A stretch of DNA of 64,000 nucleotides from Phycisphaerae bacterium (GTDB lineage Bacteria; Planctomycetota; Phycisphaerae; FEN-1346; JAACEH01), in NCBI GenBank assembly GCA_041690105.1, contig JAWLHX010000001.1, positions 14,939 to 78,938 of the forward strand. Direction: 5' to 3'. A program made the position numbers and the translations under genes. Under the pieces are notes generated by a model. It saw nothing but the letters and a program-made list of their open reading frames with translations. It was not told the origin of the DNA and made no database searches. Positions 47,980 to 57,900 of this stretch are shown here, in pieces. How positions within the stretch are numbered: the first letter of the stretch is position 1; each line of letters begins with the position of its first letter.

Positions 47980-48299
47980 CAGAAGATTCTCCTGTGGGCC
48001 AGCCAGTAGGCCCGGGCCTCTTCACCAGTCGGGACCGGCCGCACGGCCTTCTTCATCGCTTCAGCTTCGGTGGTGCCGCGAAGGCTCGGCTTGGTCCACT
48101 CCGGCACCACGATATCGTCAGCCTCCAGCCGCCGCTTGCGCCACTCCCATAGCATGTCGGCGATGATCTTGCCCGCGGCGTCAGACTTTGCTGCCGTCTG
48201 CAGCGTCTGGAAAGCCTGCTGCACTCCGGTGGGCCAGGCATCCAGCTGCAGCGTCGGCGCCTTCCGCAGGGCCAGCATGATTCGAATCGGAACGTTCAT
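47979..48299 (-). CDS. Phage head-tail connector region protein (hypothetical)
   Basis: Position only. Confidence 0.4.
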   Translation of the reverse strand: MNVPIRIMLALRKAPTLQLDAWPTGVQQAFQTLQTAAKSDAAGKIIADMLWEWRKRRLEADDIVVPEWTKPSLRGTTEAEAMKKAVRPVPTGEEARAYWLAHRRIF

Positions 48300-48313
48300 C
48301 AGGAGAAAACTCC

Positions 48314-48676
48314 TCAGGCGAAGATGCGGTAGACGACGCCTTCGCCATTGGCGTTGGCCTTGACGTACAGCTTGCTGGCATTATCGATGGCGATGGTCAG
48401 CCCCTCGAAGTTCGCCGGCATGACCGGAATGTTCTGTCCGGCCGAGTCGCCGATGAAGACGGGCTTCGTATTCTGGGCCACACCCGCCGTCGTAACCCGC
48501 GGGCCAATCCAGACTGCCCGACACGGTGTCGACGCCGCCGCCAGCTTCTCGGCCACCGCCTGGTTGGCGCAAGTCTTCGTCCCACCCGCCAGCGACGTCG
48601 GCGGCGAGCTGCTCACGGCCAGCGCCCCGGCGTCACTGATTTCCACGTCAGCCGACTGAATCCACTTCCTCGCCAC
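48314..48676 (-). CDS. Phage head-tail connector region protein (hypothetical)
   Basis: Position only. Confidence 0.4.
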   Translation of the reverse strand: MARKWIQSADVEISDAGALAVSSSPPTSLAGGTKTCANQAVAEKLAAASTPCRAVWIGPRVTTAGVAQNTKPVFIGDSAGQNIPVMPANFEGLTIAIDNASKLYVKANANGEGVVYRIFA

Positions 48677-48679
48677 GGC

Positions 48680-48919
48680 CTACCCTCCGAACAATGCCTG
48701 CCAGGCCGCGCTTGCCGCCATGGTGATAGCCGAGCCGGCAATCAGCCACAACAGGCGACTGCGCGACTTTTCCGAAAGCTCCAGCCGATCAAGCCGCAGC
48801 TGAATGCCGGGCTTACCGTTGCCGCGAACTGAATGATCGAGGGCGTCGAGTTTGCGGTGAATCTCCGCAAACTCGTCCCGGCAGACATCGTTGTAGCGAT
48901 CATCACAGTGCGCGCTCAT
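48680..48919 (-). CDS. Small membrane protein (phage)
   Basis: Start MSAHCDDRYN; ATGA overlap with the upstream gene; C-terminal TM segment LLWLIAGSAITMAASAAW. Confidence 0.3.
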   Translation of the reverse strand: MSAHCDDRYNDVCRDEFAEIHRKLDALDHSVRGNGKPGIQLRLDRLELSEKSRSRLLWLIAGSAITMAASAAWQALFGG

Positions 48920-49281
48920 CAGGCGACCTCTTTCGTGTGAATCCGCAGCGTCCGGCGGTAACCGTCGCTCCAGCGCCATGGCGTTCGCCCGGCCGGGGCC
49001 AGCACTTCATAGACGAAGCTCTTGCCGCCGACCGTGTCGGTGATCCTGTCGCCCCGCTCCGGAAGGCCGAAGGCCACCATGTCCTCGGCAGAAACAAGAA
49101 AATCCCGCGACTGCCATTGCTGCACGATGCCATAGTCGTCAGCGACCTCGAACTCGGTCTTACCGACCGTGGCCAGGATCTCCTGGACAACATCGCCGCG
49201 ACTGTAAGTCACCAGCCGCGACAGAAACCTCCGCCGCTGATCGTCCAGCCACTGTGAAGCCTGCTCCAGGAGGTCAGCCAC
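48919..49281 (-). CDS. Head-tail adaptor-like protein
   Basis: 120 aa, downstream of the capsid/DUF2190 genes as for gp6-like adaptors. Confidence 0.45.
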   Translation of the reverse strand: MADLLEQASQWLDDQRRRFLSRLVTYSRGDVVQEILATVGKTEFEVADDYGIVQQWQSRDFLVSAEDMVAFGLPERGDRITDTVGGKSFVYEVLAPAGRTPWRWSDGYRRTLRIHTKEVA

Positions 49282-49293
49282 TGTCGAGATTCC

Positions 49294-49629
49294 TTACTGG
49301 CTGAGCCGCACGCGGACAGTGGTGTCGGCATCGGCCGCAGTCTTGACGACTTTGCCGATCAGCTTATTGGCACCGGTTTCAGAATCCGCCTGGACCACGC
49401 CGGGATCGGCCTTCCAGTAGACAGTGGTGCCGACTGTGATGCCGGTCCCGACGCCGGTCGCCTTCGGAAAGTCGAAAACTCCCGTCACCGAGAGGCTGCC
49501 CAGCGCATCGGCTGCGATCGGCGTGCGGGCCACGCCCACCAGATCCCCCTGAACAACGACCGCCCCGGCCGCCACCGCGGAACTCGGGGTATAATCCACA
49601 GCGCCGCCTTCATGCACAAAAGTCGCCAT
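49294..49629 (-). CDS. DUF2190-family phage protein
   Basis: MATFVHEGGAVDYTPSSAVAAGAVVVQGDLVGVA... is characteristic of DUF2190 proteins found next to HK97-type capsid genes. Confidence 0.6.
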   Translation of the reverse strand: MATFVHEGGAVDYTPSSAVAAGAVVVQGDLVGVARTPIAADALGSLSVTGVFDFPKATGVGTGITVGTTVYWKADPGVVQADSETGANKLIGKVVKTAADADTTVRVRLSQ

Positions 49630-49711
49630 CGTTACTGTCTCCTCTGTGATTACTTATGGAGCCGGGCGGCAGCCTGAAGGCCACTCGCCCGGCCCCGACA
49701 TGTTCAGTTGA

Positions 49712-51787
49712 TTACGCCTCGCCCTTGGCCTTTACACCGCCCCGCGGGTCCTGCAGAGCCACGCCGAAGTCGTGATAACCGCGCATCTGGACGCCGAGGA
49801 CGTTGAAGTCGGCCTCCGCCGTCTCGATGGTGGGCGACTCCTGGCCATTGAGGAACGCCACCTCGATGACCGGCAGGTCGCCCGGGTCGGCCAGCAGGTA
49901 CCAGGCTTTTGAACTTGCGCCCGTGTAGCGGCTGTTGCTCAGGTAGCGGCTGACCTCGGTCCGGAACTTCCCGGCGTGCGGGTTGGCCACCGGGTACTTG
50001 GTGCTGGAGGTCGTATCGCGAATCTCCAGACTCTTGTGCAGCACCATGGCCATGGCCGACAGAGCCGTGGGTACCAGCAGGATGCTGGGCATGATGCCGA
50101 TCGGCTTGTTGTCGGCGTCGACCTGATCCATGAAGGTCACTTCGCCCTTCGTCAGACCATCGATCCCCAGCACTGTGTCGGCGCCACTGACGTAATTGGC
50201 GTTACCGGCGGAGAAAAAGCTGCTGTTGGCCAGGAATACCGACCAGAAGACGTCGTTGATCTTCAGCCCCGAGCCGCGGCCCAGCTTCCTGGGCACCGTG
50301 GTGATGGCCCCGAGATCATCATTTATGATGTCGCGGCGATCCACTGAGAGCATCAGGCCGTAGGTGTCGGCCCTGTTGGCGTAGCTTTCCTCCCCGAGCG
50401 TTCCGTGCTTCAGTTCGCCGCCGGGGGCCACGATTTCATACTGGTCCTTGCCGACCAGCCGGTAGCTGGTGACCGTCTTGAAATCCCGCACGCTGCGCAG
50501 AGCGCAGATGTTCCGCCAGACCCGCTCCACGCTGAAGAAGCCATCAAGCAGAAACTTGTTGGCCACGTTCGACAGGATGCCGCCGATGTCGACCGTCGAG
50601 AAACCAGCCTGAATGTCGGCAAAGGCATGGCGCAGCACCGCCCGGCTGTCGCGGAACGTGCGGCCCGTGTAGCCGTTGGCCCAAGCGGCCTCCAGCAGCA
50701 GTTCCTGCAGCCCCAGGCCACCCCGGAAGCGCTTGTCAGCGGCGTCGAGGGTCTTTTCGTCGAACTCCTTCTCCACGCCCTCAAACCTGGCGGAGATCAT
50801 GCAGGCCGCTTCCAGCAGACGCCCGCTCATCGGGTTATCCGGTACGTGGGCCGCAGGCGCCTTGGGCCTTGAGGCCCTGAGTACTTCCAGTTCTGTCTTC
50901 GTCTCGTCCCAGCCCTCCTCGATGGCTTTGGCCTCGATTTCGGCGAACCTGCCGTTGCAGATCCGCCGGATGGCGCTGATGCGGTTGGTTTCAAGCAGCG
51001 CCCGGGCACGGATCTCCTTCACCGGATCGGCCGCCTCCACCGTGCCAGCGGTCTGCTGCTCCAGAGTCTGAACAGGGGCCGCCACCTGACCCTTGCCTTC
51101 GCCGGTCGCCGTCTGCTCGTGGCCTTCCACACTGTTCTGTTCCGTGACAACCTCGGTCGTCTCGTTCGTCACCACGTCCATATGCTCTTTCTCCCTGGCG
51201 GCTCCTGTGCCCGCCGCGATACTGGCTGACGTCTGATCGTCCGCCCCGTTGCCCACGAAACTCACTTCCGACAGTTGCGACCGCCGAGCCACATTGATCG
51301 GCCCGCTGACCTCCCTGCCGTTGACATTCAAGGTCCTGCCTTCGGGAACGAACTCCACCTCCTGCACGCTCGCTCCGATTGAGGCCTGCCACGGATAGCC
51401 ATTTTCGGCGTCGGCCACCACCTCACGGGCCGCGGCACTTGTCGAACTGACCACACCGGTCACCCGTAGCCGGCCACCGAGTACGTTCACAGCCTCCAGA
51501 TGGCCGACCCGCGCCGTGCGATTGTGATCGAGGTAGACCTTGGCTCCGCCACGGATCGACAGGCCGTCCAGATCGACAACCACCGGAAAACGCCAGCCCG
51601 CGAGGGTCAGGGGACCGCCGGTATAGGCATCCATGTGGAACTTCCGCGGCCGGGCGGGCATGCCTTCGCCACCAGTGACAGCCTCGGCCGCCTCAATATT
51701 GATGTCGGCGCTCAGCGTCAGTTCACGCGGCACGTCGGGTTTCTCCGTCAGCATTCTGGTCATCTTCATCCTTCTCCTCGTTTTCAT
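49712..51787 (-). CDS. Prohead protease - scaffold-like linker - HK97-fold major capsid protein fusion
   Basis: N-terminal ~200 aa are protease-like, followed by an acidic low-complexity linker. The C-terminal ~400 aa carry capsid-like segments (...ARFEGVEKEFDEKTLDAADKRFRGGLGLQELLLE...SYRLVGKDQYEI...). Confidence 0.7.
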   Translation of the reverse strand: MKTRRRMKMTRMLTEKPDVPRELTLSADINIEAAEAVTGGEGMPARPRKFHMDAYTGGPLTLAGWRFPVVVDLDGLSIRGGAKVYLDHNRTARVGHLEAVNVLGGRLRVTGVVSSTSAAAREVVADAENGYPWQASIGASVQEVEFVPEGRTLNVNGREVSGPINVARRSQLSEVSFVGNGADDQTSASIAAGTGAAREKEHMDVVTNETTEVVTEQNSVEGHEQTATGEGKGQVAAPVQTLEQQTAGTVEAADPVKEIRARALLETNRISAIRRICNGRFAEIEAKAIEEGWDETKTELEVLRASRPKAPAAHVPDNPMSGRLLEAACMISARFEGVEKEFDEKTLDAADKRFRGGLGLQELLLEAAWANGYTGRTFRDSRAVLRHAFADIQAGFSTVDIGGILSNVANKFLLDGFFSVERVWRNICALRSVRDFKTVTSYRLVGKDQYEIVAPGGELKHGTLGEESYANRADTYGLMLSVDRRDIINDDLGAITTVPRKLGRGSGLKINDVFWSVFLANSSFFSAGNANYVSGADTVLGIDGLTKGEVTFMDQVDADNKPIGIMPSILLVPTALSAMAMVLHKSLEIRDTTSSTKYPVANPHAGKFRTEVSRYLSNSRYTGASSKAWYLLADPGDLPVIEVAFLNGQESPTIETAEADFNVLGVQMRGYHDFGVALQDPRGGVKAKGEA

Positions 51788-53213
51788 CCTGCGGCTCGGC
51801 CTTCGTCCGCGGCTGCGCCTCGGCCAGGCCCAGTTCCTTCATCAGGGCCAGCTCCTTGGCCCTCTGCCGCAATTCCGTCTCCCAGTCCTTGCCCTGCCGG
51901 GCATATTCCGTGGCCAGCGTGGTTGTGTTGGATGCCAGGCGAGTGGCCTGAGCATTGGCTTCCTTGGCCGGATCAACGTGTTCACGGCCGTCCCAGAACC
52001 ACTGGTGCGGCGCATTTTCCGGCAGCGCCCATCGGTACACCCTCACGGCCTCGGCCAGCCACGCCGTCAGAATCCTGTCCAGCACCAGCGTCTCAACGTG
52101 CGATTGCTCAACCCTGATCGATTTGTAGTAGGTCTGGTGATCCAGTCGCCCCGAGGCATAGTTGTAGCCGCTGGAGTTGCAGGCGGCGATGTTGAACGGC
52201 ATGTTCAGGCAGCGGGCGATTTCATTGAGAATCTCGTGCTTGAACTCGCTGTAAGTCGTGGCCGGCTGCTCCGCCTTGATCTGGCTCGGCTCCCACCCTT
52301 CCGGGCCGAAAACAGCCATGTTCGGCTCGAACTCCATGGTCACGCCGGCATCGACTTCAGCCGCCTCGCCACCGGTGGGGGCGTTTGTCTTCATGAAGAT
52401 CGCCACGTTGGCCGCCGACTCGGCCGCCGCGATCACCGCCAGCGTATAGCGCCTCAGCTGGGCAAAGAGCGGCAGGGCAGGCAGGATGTCTGGCAATCCG
52501 CGTGACTGGCCCGGGCGGTCCTGCCGCAACCAGTGCACCACGGCCTCCGCGGGAATGCGGTCGTAGTCCCGGCCGAAGCAACCGGCACCGTCACCGGGGT
52601 GGGCCTTCAGAACGTGGTATTCCACGGGGTTGCCTGCATCATCAAAGACAATTCCGTCAACCGCATGCCTCCCCGGCGTTCGGTCCGGCGTCGTCACCTG
52701 GTCGGCCTCGACCAGCCGCAGGTCAAGCTGCACCGCGGTATCAAGGGCCGGATTATCAAAGAGCACGGCAAAGGCCTCGCCGTCCTGCGCGCGGGCCATC
52801 CGCATCGTCCGCAACTTGCCGGCCAGATCGACCTCTCGCGCCCAGCGGCAGAACTCCTGCTCGATAACGTGGTTCAGACTGCTATTGAGTCCGTCGCCGA
52901 GCAGCATCTGCAGCCGTGGTCCGGTGCCGATGACGTCATTGGCCAGTGTCAGCACGATGCCACGGGCATAGCTGTTGTTGGCCACTTCATACCGCGCCCG
53001 GCTCCGCAGCACGCGCCGCACTTCCGGGCTGGCAGCCGCGTTGGCTGACAGATGATCGGCATTGGCCCAATGGCGACGATTGTCGGGCGTGGTCTGGGCG
53101 GAGTCGAATCTGGCCCGGACAAACAGTTGCTGCACGGCCGTAATGGCCCGCCGGCGGCGTCTTTCCCCGGCACCCGACCACACGCCCTTGAACTTGTCGA
53201 TAATGCGTCCCAT
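51723..53213 (-). CDS. Phage portal protein (lambda-like family)
   Basis: Start MGRIIDKFKGVW. Size and acidic C-terminal tail are typical of portals. Overlaps the capsid fusion gene start. Confidence 0.8.
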   Translation of the reverse strand: MGRIIDKFKGVWSGAGERRRRRAITAVQQLFVRARFDSAQTTPDNRRHWANADHLSANAAASPEVRRVLRSRARYEVANNSYARGIVLTLANDVIGTGPRLQMLLGDGLNSSLNHVIEQEFCRWAREVDLAGKLRTMRMARAQDGEAFAVLFDNPALDTAVQLDLRLVEADQVTTPDRTPGRHAVDGIVFDDAGNPVEYHVLKAHPGDGAGCFGRDYDRIPAEAVVHWLRQDRPGQSRGLPDILPALPLFAQLRRYTLAVIAAAESAANVAIFMKTNAPTGGEAAEVDAGVTMEFEPNMAVFGPEGWEPSQIKAEQPATTYSEFKHEILNEIARCLNMPFNIAACNSSGYNYASGRLDHQTYYKSIRVEQSHVETLVLDRILTAWLAEAVRVYRWALPENAPHQWFWDGREHVDPAKEANAQATRLASNTTTLATEYARQGKDWETELRQRAKELALMKELGLAEAQPRTKAEPQDENEEKDEDDQNADGETRRAA

Positions 53214-53427
53214 GCTCACACGGCCCCCGGCGGCACGATCTTCACTTTCCGTAGCCCCATGTTGCGGGATGACATGGCCCGCTTGCCCGCCAGATACTTG
53301 TCCGCCGTAATCTGATCCGCCAGCGAGTGCTGCTCCATGCTGCCGGAATCGCCGCTGGCTTTGCGCGGCCCGGCGGCATTCTGCTGAATTGCGTTTTCCA
53401 GTTCTTCCGGCACCTTTATCTCCTTTG

Positions 53428-53502
53428 GACGCGGGAGTTGGACGCGAACCAGCGCAATCGCCTTTTGAGCCCCGCGCTCTGCCAATTGAGCTATCCCGCA
53501 AG
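53428..53502 (-). tRNA. tRNA-like element with encoded CCA; anticodon stem does not pair (probable pseudo-tRNA)
   Basis: Minus strand: TGCGGGA-TA-GCTC-AATTGGCA-GAGC-G-CGGGG-CTCAAAA-GGCGA-TTGC-GCTGG-TTCGCGT-CCAAC-TCCCGCG-T-CCA. Acceptor (7 bp with one G.U), D-arm and T-arm fold well. The anticodon loop is CU-CAA-AA. Positions 39-43 (GGCGA) cannot pair with 27-31 (CGGGG). Confidence 0.35.
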
Positions 53503-53647
53503 CGGACAACGCGACCGTTTGTTGTCCGGTCTGGTTGTGTGGCCTATCTATATCGTCGTCCGAATGTCACGCCAGCGGAAACAGAGGCGACGGAATTGAG
53601 GATTCCAGATCTGGAAAGAAACTGTGCCGAAGGTTATCCTGTTGTCC

Positions 53648-54562
53648 ATGGACTCCAGAAAACAGACATCCCAATACATCCTGCTTGCCGCGGTGATAGT
53701 CGCAGTGAGCGCCGTTGTGTTGCTTTGCGCCGTCGTGGAATGGCAGCAGCCTTCGAGACAACCCACAGTACCTGCAGTTGCTGACGAGCCACGAGCCGGC
53801 GATCCGGTCGTACAGACTGGCCATGATCCTATTCCTGAAGCCTTGCCGGCAACGGCCGCGGATCGCATACATGCCTATGCCGGGCTGCCCCGCTCCACAG
53901 GCCCTGTGACGGTGCTGGTGAACAGCGGCTATGTCGTCGGTTATTGTGACACGCGTCAGAATCCCCTGTGGGTCTGTTACCGTCTATCGCGAGTCGCTCC
54001 GTCCAGGGCTCCGCCCAGGCCAAGCCGCTTCATTACCGACATGCGCACCCAAGCCCGTGTCACGCATGATGCCTACACCCACAGCGGCTACGACCGCGAC
54101 CATATGGCTCCAAACTACGGCATCGCCACTCGCTACGGCGTTGAAACCCAGATTGAGACATTTCGGATGTCCAACGTGGTGCCGCAGACGCCTACGCTCA
54201 ACCAGGGTATTTGGCGGCGACTGGAGCAGCTTGAGGCAGACAAGTATGCCCAGGTGTTTGAGGATGTCTGGGTAATCACGGGCCCGATCTTCGGCGATGA
54301 TGCCCGAAGGCTGCCAAGCGGAGTGTTAATACCAGATGGCTGCTTTAAGATCATTCTGAAGGAGATCGATGGGCATCCGCATGTGCTGGCGTTCATCATA
54401 CCTCAGGACGTTACCACCAAGGCCATCCTTGAATCATATCTGACCAGCGTCAGGGAGATCGAGCGACTGACGGGACTGGATTTTCTGGCTGACCTGCCGG
54501 ACAGTCTCGAAGAGCTGTTAGAAATGCAGACAGCCACAGCCCTGTGGCTGTCGCCCAACTGA
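53648..54562 (+). CDS. Secreted DNA/RNA non-specific endonuclease (Serratia NucA-like)
   Basis: N-terminal signal anchor QYILLAAVIVAVSAVVLLCAVV. Catalytic region DRDHMAPNYGIATRYGVETQIETFRMSNVVPQTPTLNQGIWRRLE, with a DRGH-like motif. GTG 53624 is an alternative start. Confidence 0.8.
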   Translation: MDSRKQTSQYILLAAVIVAVSAVVLLCAVVEWQQPSRQPTVPAVADEPRAGDPVVQTGHDPIPEALPATAADRIHAYAGLPRSTGPVTVLVNSGYVVGYCDTRQNPLWVCYRLSRVAPSRAPPRPSRFITDMRTQARVTHDAYTHSGYDRDHMAPNYGIATRYGVETQIETFRMSNVVPQTPTLNQGIWRRLEQLEADKYAQVFEDVWVITGPIFGDDARRLPSGVLIPDGCFKIILKEIDGHPHVLAFIIPQDVTTKAILESYLTSVREIERLTGLDFLADLPDSLEELLEMQTATALWLSPN

Positions 54563-54968
54563 CGCCCGTCAAAGGATCGTTCGATCCCAGCCAACCGGCA
54601 GATTGGAAGTCCGCCGCCAAAGCCCGTATCTGATAACCGCCGACGATATAAGCCCGATCTGGCAAAGGATATCCACTGGTTCTGAATGCATTCCGAGAGA
54701 ATCCGCCGCTAATATTCGGGCCGCTCATCCTGCAGCCGCTTGGCTAGGTCCACCTGCCGCAAACATCGCACCGTCTGGCCAGAATGGCGGCGACTTTTTC
54801 GTTGCGCTCGCGCGCCGTCATCTCCGGCGGCTTCCTAAGAGCGTACATTGAGCCTCCTTGCCTATATACTGTTAACATACCGGAAACGAAAGCGGTTTGG
54901 TTGTAACGGGCCTTGGATTCCTGGGAAAAACTTGGGGAACCGGGAGAGGACAAGTGGTGAGTAGGTGA

Positions 54969-57900
54969 CTATCGTCCTCGATGTTTTCTCTTGGCTCGTC
55001 TGCATCGCCAACGCCTCAGGAAGCGGGATAGTCGCCTCCATTTTCTGCGACTGCGTTCGGGCAGGGCATTCAGAGGAGTTCTGTAGACGGGACGCGCTAT
55101 GACGGGGCCCGAAAGGGCGCGCGGCATTCTTTCCAGCAACTGCTCGATGAGTTTGGCCGCTTGACGTTCTTTTGGACAGCGGAACCATATCTTCGCGATG
55201 AGTTGGCTCGTCAGGAAGCAGTTCTGGGAGTTCATTGGAACGACTGCGGCAATGAAATCAATGGTGCGCATGGCAGGCTCGCGGTCACCGTCCCAATTGG
55301 CCTCCGAGAACAAGTACACCGCGGCATCTGCCGTCAGCCGTGGTGCGACATAGCCCCAGCTGAATGCTTTTCCGAGAGCTTCATTTACAGCTGTCGAGCC
55401 AAGCTCCCGTGCTGTTGAGACAAGGACGCTCTGTGTCCACACGGACTCAACACCCCAGCTCTGTGCGGCCATAACAGCAACAACAAGATCGTCGGTCCAA
55501 AGCGGGGCCTTCCTCTGGCGGGCAATGGCAATTGCATGGACCGCACCAGCCCCGAGCATCCGAGTTAATGCGGTGCGTTGATCGTGAGGCAGATCGAGGA
55601 CAGCGCTGCCGCCAACCACCTCACAGTCGTGTGCGATCGTTATGATGAGTTCGTCGAGCTGTGCTGCCCAGAGGGCCTCCTGCTCCCGCGAAGACTCCCG
55701 GAACACTGGCCGCCCATCGTGAAATCCCAGATACCCGGCACGCTCTGTGCCTGGGTCATGTTTGCTTCGCAACTCGCGTAGCTGGTGCAGGGAGGCCTCC
55801 GTCACAATGCAACGAAAAGGCAAGTCCCTGAGCCGTGCATGAACGCCGAGCAGGAACAAAGATGCTATTGCAGTTTCATCGAGTACTATGCAGTTGGCTT
55901 CGCGAACGATTATTGCTGACTGTTGCCAGAGGGGCTCGCCCTCCGGACTGCAGCGTACACCGAGATGGCGGCTCTCTGCAAGGTATCCCATGGTTTCCAG
56001 CACTGACCGGCCAAGCAACTGAGCCACAGAAGCGATTGGGATGCCTTGTTGTGCGTAGAGCCCCTCTACGGCGGTCTGTCGCTCATGCTCTTCCTCCAGA
56101 TACTGATACACCTCTCCCAAGGCCGCTTTCGGCTCCGCGATTGTGCCAAGATTGGGTGACACGGTGAAGCGGCGAATCGAAGGGTTGTTGGGAAATGCTT
56201 CCTCGAATCCTTCGAGGCACTCGCGGGCCCTGTATACTATTTTCGACTCTATGCTGATGATCTTATAGTCATGCCCTTGGAAGCTGAAGGTCTCCCCCAC
56301 GGCCTTGCCCAGCATCGCCTCCGCAAGGCCATGATCCGGGGCATACTCATGGCGAGTGACGCTCGGTGTCAGGCCAGGCTCAATGACCGCAACAAGTAAC
56401 CGTCCAGACGCCACCTCTTGGTAGCGAACCGAGCTGTCTGCATCTATCCGTTCGGGCGGGGCGAAGGTGGGCTTTCCCGGAGAGGGGTCAAGAACCGCAC
56501 GGATGAGCGTGTGCTGGGCCGCCTGAACATCGGGGAACTTGCGCCAGAGGTCGTAGGCATAGTTGGCGGCAAGCATGGCATCGGGGCCATGGCGGAGAAC
56601 GTGATAAACAACCGCGCCCGCTTCGGCCGCCGTCAGTTCGGACACCGAGGGTAACTTGACGGCATCCGTTTCCACCAACTCTGGAAAGTTTCGCTCAATG
56701 GCCAGGCTGGAGAGATTGAGACGCATTATCTTGTCGTCTGGGTGTGCCGTCAGCCATTCCTGCATGAGCGATATCGCCTCGCGGTGCTCATGGCACCTGA
56801 TGAGGACATCGGCTTCCGACTCGTAAACATGGCGGGTCACAATGCCATTCGCGCGCAAGGCACGACACAAGGTGAGAATGTAACCGTCGTCCTGAGCAAG
56901 CCTCGCAGTAACTAGAGCACGCTGCGTATCGCTGTTGAACAGCTTCGGGGTCACGATAGTCCGCCACAGCAACAACGACAGCTGATAGTCACCAAGACTG
57001 TGGGCAAGAATGGCGGCTTCTCGGCGGTATTCCCACACACCGCGATCCATCAACTGCGTGATGGCAAGGCCAAGCGCGGACCTGGCCCCTTCCTTGTCAC
57101 CCGCGTTGAACAAGATGCGGGCGAGGATGGTCTCCCGGCAGCCGCTGTCAAGCAACTCCTGCGGTACACTCTCAACGGCGTTCCTCGCATCTTGCGGTTG
57201 AGCCAAGTCGCTAAAGAGCATTGCCAGCAGGCCCACAACATCGGACCGATCTGACTCTGACAGTGCTGGGAGCCGCTGCATCCAAGGCTGGAGCACCGCG
57301 ACGGCCTTCTTCCGGTCACCGTCTGTCCCTCTTTCCCTGAGAAGCACCGCGAGAAGAAATGATGCCCGCTGGTGGGATGCAAGTGCCGGCAGCGACTCAA
57401 GAAGGGCAATGGCTTGATCCCGGTGCCCTTCATGATCCAACATCGCAGCCATAACCACGGCGATTTCGGGTTCGCCCGGATTTCGCCGATGCGATTCTCG
57501 TATGTCCTCGCCCGCCTCCGTGGTCTTACCCAGTAAGCGTCGTGCCGACGCACGATTCAGATAAGCCGCGGGCAGCAGTTTGGCCGGGTCAGAGGCAGGA
57601 ATCAGCTGAATGGCCTCGTTCAGCAGAGACTCTGCTTCTTGCATGCTTTCACGGCTCTCTGGAATCAAACCCCTGTCAACATCGGGCAACGCACGCAGTC
57701 GCTCTCTCTTCAGCAGAGCCCCAGACAGGTTGACGAGACCGTACGGCCATTCTGGTGCTCCGTGCACGGCGCGCCGCCCGTATTCCACGGCCTTTTCCAC
57801 CAAATCCTGCTCAAAGGCTAGGCCACCAAGAGCGCCCGCCACTTCAGCATCGTTCAGAAGGGCGTCAGGGATCAAGGATTCCGCTTCTTCTAGGGAGGTC

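Noticed and set aside
53428-53502. Calling a functional tRNA-Leu(CAA)
   Set aside because: The anticodon stem cannot form (CGGGG against GGCGA), and there is no long variable arm as required for tRNA-Leu. It is reported only as tRNA-like.
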